This document shows, piece after piece, positions 47,950 through 64,000 of a stretch of DNA of 64,000 nucleotides. This DNA is from the human T2T-CHM13v2.0 reference genome, Homo sapiens. The position numbers were made by a program, and so were the translations under genes. The stretch lies in the NCBI RefSeq assembly GCF_009914755.1, contig NC_060925.1. One strand, given 5' to 3'. The notes beneath the pieces were generated by a model. That model was not told the origin of the DNA, ran no database searches, and saw only the letters and a list, made by a program, of their open reading frames with translations. The first letter of the stretch is position 1. The number at the start of each line of letters is the position of its first letter.

Positions 47950-48120
47950 CAGGTTGACAGGCTTTCCCTGTAATGGGCTATAGAGTAAATATTTCATGCT
48001 TGGCAGGCCACATAAGATCTATCTCACAGTCCTTGGTTTTTGTTTGCTTTTACAACCAGTTGAAAATGTAAAAACCATTCTTAGCTACTACGTCACACAA
48101 AAACAGCTGGCTGATGTCAG
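47950..48120. mobile_element. MER58-like hAT fragment
   Basis: agtaaatattt...gcaggccaca...gtaaaaaccattcttagct. Confidence 0.6.
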
Positions 48121-48846
48121 AACTAAGGCTATAGCTAAATTTGAATATAATTTTTTTTTATTATATGCAAAGATTACTTTTTTTTTTTTTTTTAAAAAAA
48201 AGGGCAACCAGCCTCTGCTTTTACAATTCCCACTGTTTAGGACTTAACTGTTCTGAAAGTGAGTTTACTCAATCTGTAAATAGCTCTCTAATTGCTAGGA
48301 AGTTTGTGTGCATGTGTTTTAACTGAGCTCTCTGTAACTTTCATCTATGGTCTTTAGGTCCATACTACGCTGTAACAAAAGGAAAATCCATTTCTCTTCC
48401 ATGTGAAAAGAGCTACTCTTATCTTTCAAACATTCCTCAGGACCTTACTACTGGACACATTAGCATCCTAAAAGTCTGTTGCTAATGCACAATTTGGCTT
48501 AATTAAACAACTAAAAATCTATGAAATTATTCCAGACAATGAATCATTTGCTAAGATTTCTATATGAAACAGTCAATATAAATTTAAAAGATGGAGGGTC
48601 GGGGGACTAGAAACAGCACACATTAAAAAACAATATACAGAGTAGACTCTCAACTTTCTTAAGATGTAATAACAGCCACACAAAACCACAGCTAAAGTGA
48701 GTTTCCAATGAATAACAACATATTTTTACATAAAATGTAAAACATTAGTTTTATAAAGTTAAAAATTTTATCTAAATTTGCTTTAAGTATTTTCTCCTTC
48801 TAATTCAGTGTTCCAAGTTATATTCATAAAACTCATTATTTCTCAC

Positions 48847-48964
48847 CTAAATTGACTACATTCTTTGCCCAGAAGGTGGGATCACAATGGAAACGTATTG
48901 CTCCATTAGCAGCAGGGACAGGATCACACCGTGCTTTCAAAATATGACGCAACTGGAAAGTAAT
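48847..48964 (-). CDS. TRIM33: TRIM33 exon 8 (118 nt): [39 protein letters not shown]
   Basis: tttaag|ATTACT...TTTAG|gtgaga; contained in ORF 48836..49021. Confidence 0.97.
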
Positions 48965-49417
48965 CTTAAAGGGAAAAAAATCCACATTAGTCTCAAAATT
49001 AAATATCAATTGGGAAATCATAAGATAAAGACATTAAGAAAAAAAAGCACATATATTCCCACAGTGTCAGCCTCAGATTAGGCAGCATCAACATTTAAAT
49101 TAGCAATCAAATCAAATATACATACTTGAATTTCTGCCATTTTGGGTAATAAAGTGCATTAAGATACTAGGTATCTTCAAAAGAGTACATACTATATAAT
49201 TCCACTTATATGAAATTCTAAAAAATGACAGAAATCAGATTAGTGGCTGCCTAGTGGAATGAGGAAACTTTGGGGGGTGGTGGAAGTTTTCTGTATCTTG
49301 ATGTGGTGGTGGTTACATTTGCCAAAATTAAAATGTATACTTTAAACAGGTGCAATTCACTGAATATATATCTTAATAAAGTCCATTAAAGAAAAATAAA
49401 AACAGTATGTGTCTCAC

Positions 49418-49564
49418 CAGTCGCTTGCTGTATAGTAGTGCTGTGCTGCTGCCACTTGCAATTGCCCAATTTGTGAAGTTCATAACATGCTTCACCTGCC
49501 GGGAAAGGCCTGTGATGTCATTCTGCTGCTGTAGTAACTTCATCTGTCTTTCCTTTGTAACATT
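49418..49564 (-). CDS. TRIM33: TRIM33 exon 7 (147 nt): [49 protein letters not shown]
   Basis: tttcag|AATGTT...CGACTG|gtgaga; contained in ORF 49373..49642. Confidence 0.97.
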
Positions 49565-50532
49565 CTGAAACAGAACAAGAGCTTCGCTGTAGAATTCCAT
49601 ATGAAAAAAAATCAACCCCACATTTCTAATGCAAATGGGCACAATACCTATACTTCCTTTAAAAATGGGCTAAGTGAATAAGCTCCATGATTATTTAGCA
49701 AGCCTATCATCAGAGGAAAAGCCACTAACAAAAGTGGGACTAAAAGTCAGTTCTCTAAGCTAAAAAGGATATTCCACATATAGAAATGAATGTTAGTTAA
49801 TGTCACTTTTCTATCAACATGTCTGTTAAAAATAGTGTCTTCCTATTAGATTAATCTAATATATGGTATTTATAGCATAAGGAGCTAACTTTAGAAATAA
49901 ATTTATGTAATCTTAATATACTTTAAAGGCCAAAAAAATTTTGTGTCACCAGTGCCACCTCCTGGTATGGCATGAGAATGAAGTTAAAATCTCTCTTAAA
50001 TATATAAGACAAAATGAAAAAGATAACTTCCAGAGTTCTAAGAGTAGAATTAGGGAAACTTTTGATATCACAGAAGTTCACAGAGAACAAAGAAGTAAGG
50101 ACTGACCAAACTGCAAAAACCAATTTCAGAGAAACACTGCAAAGGAAAAATAAACTGCTTTATGGGAACTAAAATCACCCCAGGAGGGATGGGTAATGTC
50201 CTACATACTTTTGACATTCAGCATGCTGAACAACTCATCTACTACTTTCTTAAGAACTTTCTCCCAAAAATGACTCAAGTTGGTTTTTCTGGACAATATT
50301 TTTCCTAAGGAAAGAAGCTGTTCATTTTATAATGTAAATCAATGGATAAGAGTATTCAACTGAGAGAAGTATGGTTTACTACATTTCTTTTATAAAGCTT
50401 AGAAAAACGTTTCTTCTACAAAGTATAAGAACATATTACACTAGAAAACATCTATTTTAAATTTATCATCATGTTAGTAGTATGTGGCGTATTTACCATT
50501 AGGTATTTGTATACACTTTAGCCTTAAGAGGC

Positions 50533-52211
<1,679 letters not shown>

Positions 52212-52467
52212 TTAGTAACAATTATTTGATTTCTAAGAGGACATCACTATTTCCTAAGGTATACAGCTAAAGTCAGTGTTATTAAATTGGGCCGCAAAGT
52301 AACTAACTAGAAAAGGTCTCTTCCAAAAGTAAATTTTAAAAACCTTATTTTACGTTTTCCTTTATTTCCATACCCCCCAATCCATCTAAAATAGTTTTCA
52401 ATAAACATTAAAAACAGCTAAAGAGCAAGAGAAGCAGTTTTTGTTTTATTTTGGCTTTGAACCATAC

Positions 52468-52582
52468 CTCTAGCTGCTGTAAGAGAGATTTTCCTTTCTT
52501 ATTAATTTCATTGATAAGGGTGAAAATGGCCACTTTAATTTCCTGTTCTACTCGTTTGTTAGTCTCATTTACTTCTTTTATC
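52468..52582 (-). CDS. TRIM33: TRIM33 exon 6 (115 nt): [38 protein letters not shown]
   Basis: ttattcag|GATAAAAG...CTAGAG|gtatgg; coiled-coil translation. Confidence 0.96.
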
Positions 52583-54174
52583 CTGAATAAGAGAAATGCA
52601 TCATTAGGTTATCAACTTATCCTAGGTCTCTGAATCATCAACTGTTACAGAAATTCATCCAACTGGGCACTTAACCGAGTAATTAAAATGAAAACTTTGT
52701 CAAAATGTACAACTCATGTTTCAGCAGACCTGACCAATTTGGTCCAAACAAGTTATGTACATAGACAAATAATGAAACTAATATTTAGTAATTTTAAATT
52801 ATGCTCATAAAGGACAGTTTATTAAGCTGGATGGCAATCTACTTAAGTAACTATGACATGAATGTGATGCACAAACACCAGTGACTTCTGGATAGTGTCA
52901 AATGTGGCACATTGGTTCTGTTTAACCTTGACGTTTTCCAAGAACAATGTGCAAAAGGACAATGTCACAAGCAATAATTATCTTTTGAAAGGATAATAGT
53001 TAAACATAGAAGCATTTATTTTCATTTATAACTTAGCCACTTCAAACATGGGTTCTGATACACTCCCTTCAAAATTACTCTTAATATGGTTTCCCTTTGT
53101 ATACAGTAAAGGGCATAAAACATTTTCAATCCATTTTTAAGAATAGCTTTAGATGTTTTATAAGTAGGTGTAAGCACTCAAAGCAGTTATGGAAGTTTTA
53201 GGTGCAAATATGAAGTGGCTGATACTTTGGTATTTACAAAACAGGAAGTGGATAATCCCACCACTATAAATATATAAAATGTCAACGACCAACCATAAGA
53301 CATAGCTTCAATTTTTATACATTCTACTTCTGTAAAAACTATAACCCATGCTTTCAGCTCCTAAACTGCCTTTCATTTGCCAAGTTCGAATTTAGTTAAC
53401 TTTAATACACTCCAAGAAATAATGTAGTTTTTTTCCTTCTCTGTACATCGTTTGGCACTTACTTGAAAATTTTGAGTTTTGTCCTTATCTTACTAAGGTG
53501 AGTGGAAGATATTTTTAATATATAAAGGTACTAATAACTAGTGATAAGAAATATAGGTTTCAAATATAAAATGATTGGGCTGAAGATAGAAATCACTAAG
53601 CATGCTGAAAACAGAGAGTAGTTAGAGAGTAGTTAGTCTCAGTCAGACTCCTATTGGATTTAATTAAGTCTACTGTATGTTCAGTTTTGAAGAAAGAAAA
53701 AAATGTACATTAAAAAATAATGGAGATAGGTCAGTGAAAAATGTGTCTAAAAGGGGAAGTTATCAGAGATTTTAATACTGTTTTTTTAAAAACTTTCTAC
53801 AGATGAAATCAATCTCCTCAACCCCGTGCAATCTTGTAACAGGTAAACCTCTTGCCCTACTTTTGTATACAGATTCTGGAACACGTGTACAAAATATATT
53901 TAAAAAATACTTATACAATGTACACACAAAACATCTGTATAAAAATATGGGACTGCCATATGAATCAACTCACTACATTTCCTTTGAAAGAGACATCCAT
54001 CTATCATTTCTGAGAAACAGTCTTCTCCAAATCAACTGTATCACCAGTTTAACCTAAAACAACTGAACATTTCCAAAAACAAAAACCCACCAATGGAGTG
54101 TGTGTGTGTGTACAATCTACAAGCTCTAAGGAGCCTTTTATTTTCTTTTGGTGTTACTTAAGATAAAAAGTTCT

Positions 54175-54500
<326 letters not shown>

Positions 54501-55286
54501 TCATTCATTCAATTATTTAATACTTTTGAGCATCTACTATGTGTCATTTTAATCATAAATTAATGAACTTTAATATTCATTAGAAGTCCTAATATTTTTG
54601 AGTCTATAAACACATATTAACCTTATTCATACCCCGAAGAATTTTAGTTTTAATTATGCCAGCTCAAAGTGTTTGTCTTTCTGGTGTAAGAGTCATAACT
54701 TTGTTAATCTGCTCTCTTATGGAACCTACTCTCACTTATCAATAAATTTACTTAGAAATATACCAAAGTAGAATACTTTTTAAATAATAAATGGTGATGA
54801 TAATTATAAATACAATAGCAACAGCTAAAATCTAACTGCTTACTATGTACCAGAAACTATATCATGTATTCATCTTATAATGCTACTCATTAAGATAAGC
54901 ACTGTTTTCAATGCTTGTTTTACAAATGGGGAAATAATTGGTCCACCCGTGATACTCTCTTCTCTATACTGTATCTTCCACACAATCTCCACTTTAAATT
55001 TTATAAGTCAACTCTCTCCATATTAATTTATTTGTTTCCACATTTAAGGTTTAACACAGACCACAGTCTTATTAAAATAGACAAAGATGTGTCCTAAAAG
55101 GGTATACAAGAGTTTGGTCAATTAAATTTTGTTTAATTGACAAATATTATAATCCCAAATTCATACCATTTCCCCCTCAAAAAAATGTTTTCTTTATATG
55201 CTTAATATAGCAGAAAAACAGATTTAAACTGGACCCACTTCTTTTTAGTAATTCTTAAAATTATGGTTTTAAGGCAACAAACTTAC

Positions 55287-55403
55287 CTATTCTGCACCTG
55301 AGTAGCTGCAAAATGAACATAATTCTTCTTCTCAAGAAGTTTCGCCAGTAGATTCTCAATTGCACCCTTCTGATTTTGAAAAGCTTCTTCCAAAAACTGA
55401 TAC
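55287..55403 (-). CDS. TRIM33: TRIM33 exon 5 (117 nt), start of coiled coil: [38 protein letters not shown]
   Basis: ttttaag|GTATCAG...AATAG|gtaagt; translation matches TRIM33. Confidence 0.96.
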
Positions 55404-56561
55404 CTTAAAACCAAAACAAAACTACATTTAAAACAAAACATTTATGATTAAGATTTTGGAAATAAAGAACAGCTAAATGAGTCAATCTTGAAACCTTAAT
55501 TAAGTGATCAACTCTATGCTGGCCACTCATACCTTATCTCAACAGCAACTTTTAACTGGCAATCACCCATCTCCCTCCAACTCTGACCCTGAAAGGCCAT
55601 TATGAAAGAAAAAAATTACTCAGATAATGGTTGAGTGCTCTTATATTAGAGTGTTGATTCAGGATTACATCTTTTTAAAAATTCAAATATTGGCATAAGT
55701 TGTATACATTTTAAATCATAAAGCGTAACCACATTATAGAAAATACTATAAAAGGAAGGGAAATCACCCATAGTTCCAACATCACAAAATTACTGCTACC
55801 ACTGTAATATATAGTTCCTTAATCTTTTAATTATACATGTACTTATTTACTTATTTTTTAATAAAGACAAGGTCTATGTTACCCAGGCTGGTCTCAAACT
55901 CTTGGTCTCAAGCAATCCTCCTGCCTTGGCCTCTCAAAGTGCTAGGATTACAGGAGTGGGCCACTGCATGTGGCCTAACTATGCATTTTTAAATGCAATT
56001 ATAATAATAATGAACATGCAAATTTACATCTGACTTTTATTCTTTATCTTGTCTTTATAATTACACTTAAAATAATTTTTCAGTTCTGGATGCCATGTAC
56101 TGTCAAACTTTCCACAAGGGTTAAATCAATAAAAAACATCACATCAACACCAGTTTTACTTTGTCAGCATGAATGCTATATGTTAAAATTTTCTAATCAT
56201 AATAGTGCAAATATAGACTCTAATAACATTTCTTTGGCTACTAGGAAGCTAGAATAATAGTTTTCTTTGCTACTTTTATTTCCTTTTTGTAAATTATTTA
56301 TTAGGTTTTTAAGTTATTAAGTCAACAAATATTATTTAGTTTTTTTCTATGTCCTTTTTACATGGACTAAAGAATCCATTATTGTTTGTACTACTAACAA
56401 ATAGTCACAAATACAAAATGATACCATACTGTGACAAGAGATATAATTCAGGTATATATAATTTACAAGAAACCACTGCCTAAATCGGCCTCAATACCAA
56501 GAAAAGCACAGCAGAGAAGAACAGCATCTTATGCTAGGTACAGAGGCATGTTTGAGACATG

Positions 56562-56705
56562 TAAATACTTCAATATGGCCAAATAAAAATATACAAAAGT
56601 CAGAATATGAGACAACAACTGATAAAATCCACACATAAATACTTCAATATGGCCAAAGAAAAATATACAAAAGTCAGAATATGAGACAATAACTGATAAA
56701 ATCCA
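56562..56705. repeat. Two-copy tandem duplication, 74-bp period
   Basis: taaatacttcaatatggccaaa... at 56562 and 56636; 2 mismatches over 70 bp. Confidence 0.92.
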
Positions 56706-57406
56706 GAGGCAAACTGTGAAGGGCCAAGTATAGCACACTATTTGTGCATTTAATTCTCTAAGTAATGGAAAACCTCTGAAGAATTCTAACCAGAATGTAA
56801 TAATCACATTTACATTCTAGGAAAATCATCAAACAGAAATATAAAAGACCCAAAGAAGGGAATAGAAGGGAAAGACCAGCTAAAACTCTAAGACAGTAAC
56901 TCATATGAGAGATCAGGGTACAGTACTGGTTGGTACAGCCAAACAAACAAGCTGGAACTGACTTTATCAGTGAGATCAGCAGATTTGAGAGGTTATGTGT
57001 CAGTTATGGCAAGGTCCATGGTACAACCTGAAAACTAAATGCCTAGCTAAGGCACAGTCAAGAAACAAATCATTGGAAATGAGTTCACAATTACTGTGTA
57101 ATTGTCTATATGGGCACTAAAATCACAAAAGTAATAATACTATGAGCATCTAAATGTCCATTGTTTCTTCAATGAAAGTCTCAGCTAAGGCAGACAAGAG
57201 GAAAGACTATGAAATTGTTAACATAAAGGAAAGTTTGTTAAGATAAAGGGAAGTTTACTTAGTAGTGGGATACAAGAGGTACAAGAAGAATGGAGGACAG
57301 TAGGAGAGAAAATGTAGATCAATATGGGAATTTCTGTTATAGAAAACTGCTGGTGCACTGACTTTATTGTGGTAAAATATACGTAGTAAAATTTATCCGT
57401 CTGAAC

Positions 57407-58434
<1,028 letters not shown>

Positions 58435-59010
58435 CAAGAGGCTTTTAAAGAGGCTTTACTGTTAGATAGGGGACCCGAAGTTTGTTCCTTCGTGAAAGAG
58501 CAACATTTGATTTATCCCACATACTATGATTTCTCTACATCCAATAAAAACTATTACTATGTTAAATCTGAACAAATAAAGCAGAAATATGAGGATTCCA
58601 TGCTAACCCTTTTGACTTAGCTTTATTTACATTGTGATGAAAAACAATCTTTTTGAAGAATTTGATGATGTCAACATATACGCATTTGATAGAAAGGTTA
58701 ACTAGTATCAAAATTCACAAAATTCTAATTCATAAAATTTAACCATGTACAAATTCCCCTTATCCCAAAATAAATATTTTTCAAAGTCCTGTTTCTAAAT
58801 ATATCTTGTTACATTCATGTGAACAAGAAACAAGCAAACACACACTATTTTCCTAAATATGATATACCTAGGTAAACTGAATTTTCTTTAATCAAAATTA
58901 CAGCTGAAATGTGGGGAAAGAATAACCAACAAATGAACTAAATGTAGTTTTGATTAATACATAAATACTTCAAAGTAATTTCTTAGATTTTAATCTTGCA
59001 TTTTAAAGTA

Positions 59011-59308
<298 letters not shown>

Positions 59309-60860
59309 TAAAGTAGTAATTCTTGTGGGCTTTCTTAGTCACAATGAACTATTCTCCATATTTCAAAATAGGTAAAATAAAGTAAAAATGATGTATGCCC
59401 AGGATTTAGTTAGGACAGACTAAGTAAAACTTTTTGTGCTTCTGGCTAGAATTATATAAACCTGGTAAAATTATCTGGTTTTGATCAGAATTAATCAGCA
59501 TGCTTAGCTTTTTTAAATTATTGAGATATAAATTATATTTAATACAGTTTTGTAAGAAGTTTATGAAAATATGGTGCTCATGAGTAAAGGGTAGGAGATA
59601 AATAATAAAAGGGTGTTTTTTGCTGGGCACAGTGGCCCACACCTGTAAGTCCCAGGTATTCGGGAGGCTGAAGAGGCTGATGTAACAGGACCACTTGAGC
59701 CCAGGTCAAGGCCAGTCTGGGCAACATGCATACAAATATACATGGATGGGTGTTTTTTAAAAGGCTGAGAATCACTTAGCTAATAACTTCAAACTTCTGA
59801 ATGTACATTATGGTCTTACTAAGTCCTGTGCCCTACTACTCTACTTGCCAAGTGATACAGTACTATTCTTAGTAATTGTCACTGTATATATTAAGTTTTG
59901 ATTTTGGCACATCTAGGGAAAAATGCATCATAGTGCTTTATATCCAAACTGAATAAGAGAACCTTTTTAATAAAACCCAGTTTCATTTTTCTTCAGTTAT
60001 TCCATTTTTTTAAATTACATTAAATTTCAAACATGTATTAGAAGTCTAATTCCACTGAATCGATCACCCATTTTCAAGAAGTATCCATTCATAGCTGATT
60101 TTATCTATACACCCACTCACTCCATCCCTTAGACTACTGTGAAGAAAACTCCAAACATCATACTTTATCTAAACATTTCTCAATCTATAGATGGCAATAG
60201 CCTATTCTGATAACTTACTACATTTTCAGGCACTGGGCTAAGTATCTTAACATGCATTCTCTCATTTAACCTTTAGAAAAACTTAATGACTTAGATACTA
60301 CTACTATTTTCATAGTTAAAAGCTAGATGACTTTGACAACCCTCTGTGTCTCACTTCTCCAGTAAAATACAGAACAATCATCATATATACATGCACAGGA
60401 CTGTCCTAAGAATTAAACTGGTCAAAACACACAAAGCAAAGCACTTAAGGCATACTAAGGATTTAATGCTTGCTATCACTGTTATTCTTAGCAGTAATTT
60501 TAAAGGATTTATACTGTTAGAATTTATCTTGTTGCAAATGTATATTGTTCCTTATTTAAAGCTCTATATGAAGGGGAGATGATAACAACCATAAGAGTTC
60601 AGGAAAGGGACAGAGAGTAGGAAATGTGAGCAACTGTGAGGAAAATCTGAAAGGGTAGAAATTTCTATAAAGTATGGGAAAGACATTAAAATCCTCACAT
60701 AAATAGAACAGGGAGCAAAAGCTAACTCTAATTAAATCTCAAAAATCACAGTGACATCACCTGATATTTCAATTACCTAAGACTTCATTAGAACAGGATG
60801 TCACTTTCTATTGCTGTCTTCAAAATCATTTATCTTTTCTCCTGTAATATCTAATCTTCT

Positions 60861-61159
60861 GGCTGGGCACAGTGGCTCACGCCTGTAATCCCAGCATTTT
60901 GGGAGGCCGAGGTGGGCAGATCACGAGGTCATGAGTTTGAGACCAGCCTGACCAACATGGTGAAACCCCGTCTCTACTAAAAATACAAAAATTAGCTGGG
61001 TGTGGTGGTGCATGCCTGTAATCCCAGCTACTCAGGAGGCTGAGGCAGGAGAACTTGAACTTGGGAGGTGGAGATTGCAGTGAGCCAAGATTGCGCCACG
61101 GCACTCCAGCCTGGGCGACAGAGAGAGACTCTGTATCAAAAAAAAAAAAAAAAAAAAAA
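60861..61159 (+). mobile_element. AluS
   Basis: Alu consensus and A tail. Confidence 0.9.
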
Positions 61160-61214
61160 TCTAATCTCTGTTAATCCTACCCAAAATGAAGCCCTCCATC
61201 AAAAAAAAAAACAG

Positions 61215-62600
61215 TGAGCAGTGAAAAGTCATTAGTACATTAATACATGTATAATTGGCATCCCCAAAGGAGAAAAACAGAGGAAGAGAAAAAATATTAG
61301 AAATAGTAGTTACGGATAAAAGTTTTTCAAATTTGATGATCTATAGCTCTAAGAAGCTCAACATCCCCCAAGCACAAGAAACATTCAGAAGACTACACTA
61401 AGGTATATAATTTCCAAACTGTTTAAAACCAGTGATAAAGAGAAAATATTAAAAGCAACCAGAAGAGAAAAAAGATACACTGTATACAAATGAACAAAAA
61501 TAAAACAGATTTCTTGATGGAAACAATGAGAGTGGAGCAACATCTTTAAACTACTTAAAGAAAACTTTCAGCCTTGAATTATTTATCCAGAAAAGTTAAC
61601 ATGAAGGTGAAACTACTAGGAGTGATAAAGATGTTCACTATTTTGACTGTGATGATGGATTCACAGTCCGTCACCACAAAGCAGAGATCTAAAACCTATA
61701 CCACTACAAAGCAGAGATCCAAAAGTGTTATGACCTTAACATAAGGGTATACTAAGAGTAACCTGCCCCTCTATCACCTCAAAAAGACTGAATGACAATA
61801 ACAATGATTCTGTGGAAGAGGAGGGGGGAGACCCTCAGAAGTTGTATCCACAAAACACTTCACATGTGAATTTTCAGACCAAGTGCACATCATCTTGGTG
61901 GTTCAAAACTTCATTCCGGAAATTTAACTGTCGGAAACTGGTAGTGCTTCTAGGCAATAGCAACAGGAAATTCAATCCTTTATTGTGGAAAGAAAGTATC
62001 TTAATTTTAGACCAAAAAAAAAAAAATTGCATAATTTTTCAAGGAAAGAGGAAAGTTCATAGTTTTAAAAGACTACATATATAAGGAAAAACAGCACCCT
62101 AAGCAAGAATCAACAGAAATAACAGGAAGAACTGACTCACTAACAGAGGCAAAATAAATACATGTACTCTATTTAAAGAATAAAACACAGCTAAAATGTT
62201 CAGGCAACTATTTAAAATTTTAGATGAAGTATACAAAAGACCTCTTTGAACTTTTTTTGCTATCTAAAAATAAAGTTTTTAAAAGGGGGAGGAGCTGGCT
62301 GATTTAAAATATTTAAATTATAATGGATGGGTTTTAATGGCAGTTTAGACATAAAGAGAGTATTTGTGAACTGAGATTGTTCAGAGAAAAGTGTCTCCCT
62401 GTTTTGCATTTTCAATGTAAAAAAAGGGGGGGAATACAAACATTAAGAGAAATGGAGAATGGATTGAGGGGAGTCTAACATACATCTAACTGGAATTCCA
62501 GAAGAAGGACCAACAAAGAATGCAACACATGGAATATGTGAGGAGATTACTGATTGAAAGACACAATCACAACGCACATTTTTAAAGACATCTTTGTTAT
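61215..62600 (+). mobile_element. Old L1 ORF1-region fragments
   Basis: aagaagctcaaca, gataaagagaaaatattaaaagcaaccaga, ggaattccagaaga motifs. Confidence 0.65.
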
Positions 62601-62689
62601 TCTTTACACAGTTTCTTTAGGTATACTTCTGTGTATAAATTACGTATCTTGTGACTCTTAAAAGACTTTTAAGACTCTTAAAATACAAA

Positions 62690-62975
62690 GGCCAGGCATG
62701 GTGGCTCACCCCGTAATCCGCAACAATTTCGGAGGCTGAAGTGGGAGGATCGCTTGCGGCCTGAAGTGCAACACCAGCCAGGGTAATAAAGCGAGACCCT
62801 GTCTGGACAAAACATTTTAAAAAATGACTGGGGGTGGTGGCACATGCCTGTGCTTCCAGCTACTTGAGAGGATCACCTTAGTCCAAGAGTTTGAGGCTGC
62901 AGTGAGCTATGATCACACCACTGCTCTCCAGCCTTGGTGACAGAGTGAGACCTCATCCCCTTAAAAATAAAAAAG
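62690..62975 (+). mobile_element. AluJ, followed by L2 fragments to ~63860
   Basis: Degenerate Alu consensus; L2 3' end atgaatactc-like repeats. Confidence 0.75.
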
Positions 62976-64000
62976 TATGTAGTCATTATTTATATGAACT
63001 AAATTTGCCTATTTGCCAAGAAATATTCAAAGGGTAGGGATACCACAGTAAATAAGGTAAAATAAGGTCCTGTTCTTCCTTTCCTTACATTTTAATTAAG
63101 GAGAAAACAAAAATTTGAATAGGGTGATGTGATAGAGAGGACGTTAAGTGGCTAAACATTCTACATTGGATACATGCACAGAAGGGAACTCTTGAAGACG
63201 TGATGACAACGTACAATTATTTCAAAGATAGGAACTAGGCATGCACAGAGAGATAACAGATGAGCTGTAAATAATCAGAGGTAAAGCTGCATTTTTGCAA
63301 AGGAAAATGACCAATTGGTTTTATTCTTTGCAATAATTTTGCCATTTAATAAAATTTTCACATGGGATACTTCTCAACCCATCTGCCCTCTTTGCCAAAT
63401 GGGTAACTTTTATCTGTGAAACTAACGACTCTGAATGTGTTTCTTCCTCAAGTCTTCTCTCCTGATATTCTTCTCTTTCAAGTTAACTCTTAGCCATATG
63501 GAATTATTCTCCTTCTAGCCATAAGCAATGATTCTGCTGGGTAACTGACTCATTGAACCTATGGGCTCTTCAGATAGTTTGATATCCTAATAGGATCAGA
63601 AACTATAATATGAAAATTAATGAGGCTATGTTTCAGCAATACCCAAATGAATTAATTCAAATTTTAAAGAATACTCAAGGGATGAACTATTATGGAACCA
63701 AATACTCAATATCAGTCTCATACAGACTACACAACTCCAAGATAGCAAGGACAGAGCACATTTTTTCATTATTGTATAGCTATCACCTAGCAAGGTACCT
63801 GGTATACGATGAGTACTTGAATATCTACCGAACAAATGAGATCAATGAATACTCATTTGTTGAGTGAAGTTCAATAAACAAACCATTTTGTCTGACAATA
63901 AGTGTACCCCATGAAAAAATTATGCTTGGATAGGAAATCTTTATTTGTTGCCATAGCTCTGAATCTAGCTCCCTAAGAGGACTGACAGTAGATATGTATT

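Overview
Primate DNA, almost certainly human. The window holds the 3' two-thirds of TRIM33 (TIF1-gamma) on the minus strand: 16 coding exons (exons 5-20 in the usual numbering, 55403 down to the stop at 19339), all GT-AG and in phase, encoding the coiled coil, Q/P-rich linker, PHD finger, bromodomain and acidic/basic tail. A ~4.9 kb repeat-free 3'UTR ends near 14480. Downstream (1-14400) is repeat-dense intergenic DNA: an ERV1 3' remnant (decayed env TM, PPT, MER101-like LTR split by two Alus), long antisense L1 fragments, L2/MIR and many Alus. The introns carry Alus, L1, L2, MIR, MLT2, LTR8A-like, THE1 and hAT fossils. Most ORF-track entries are Alu/L1 noise. I see no new multi-gene system. 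The best leads are post-transcriptional or structural: a 72-nt in-frame cassette exon in intron 11, a hairpin and stop-free frame in the 79-nt last intron beside the alpha/beta exon, four miR-200bc/429 seeds, a fold-back palindrome inside an Alu, a twin-primed L1 inversion and a tight inverted-Alu triplet. Repeat boundaries are approximate and subfamily names come from recalled consensus sequences.
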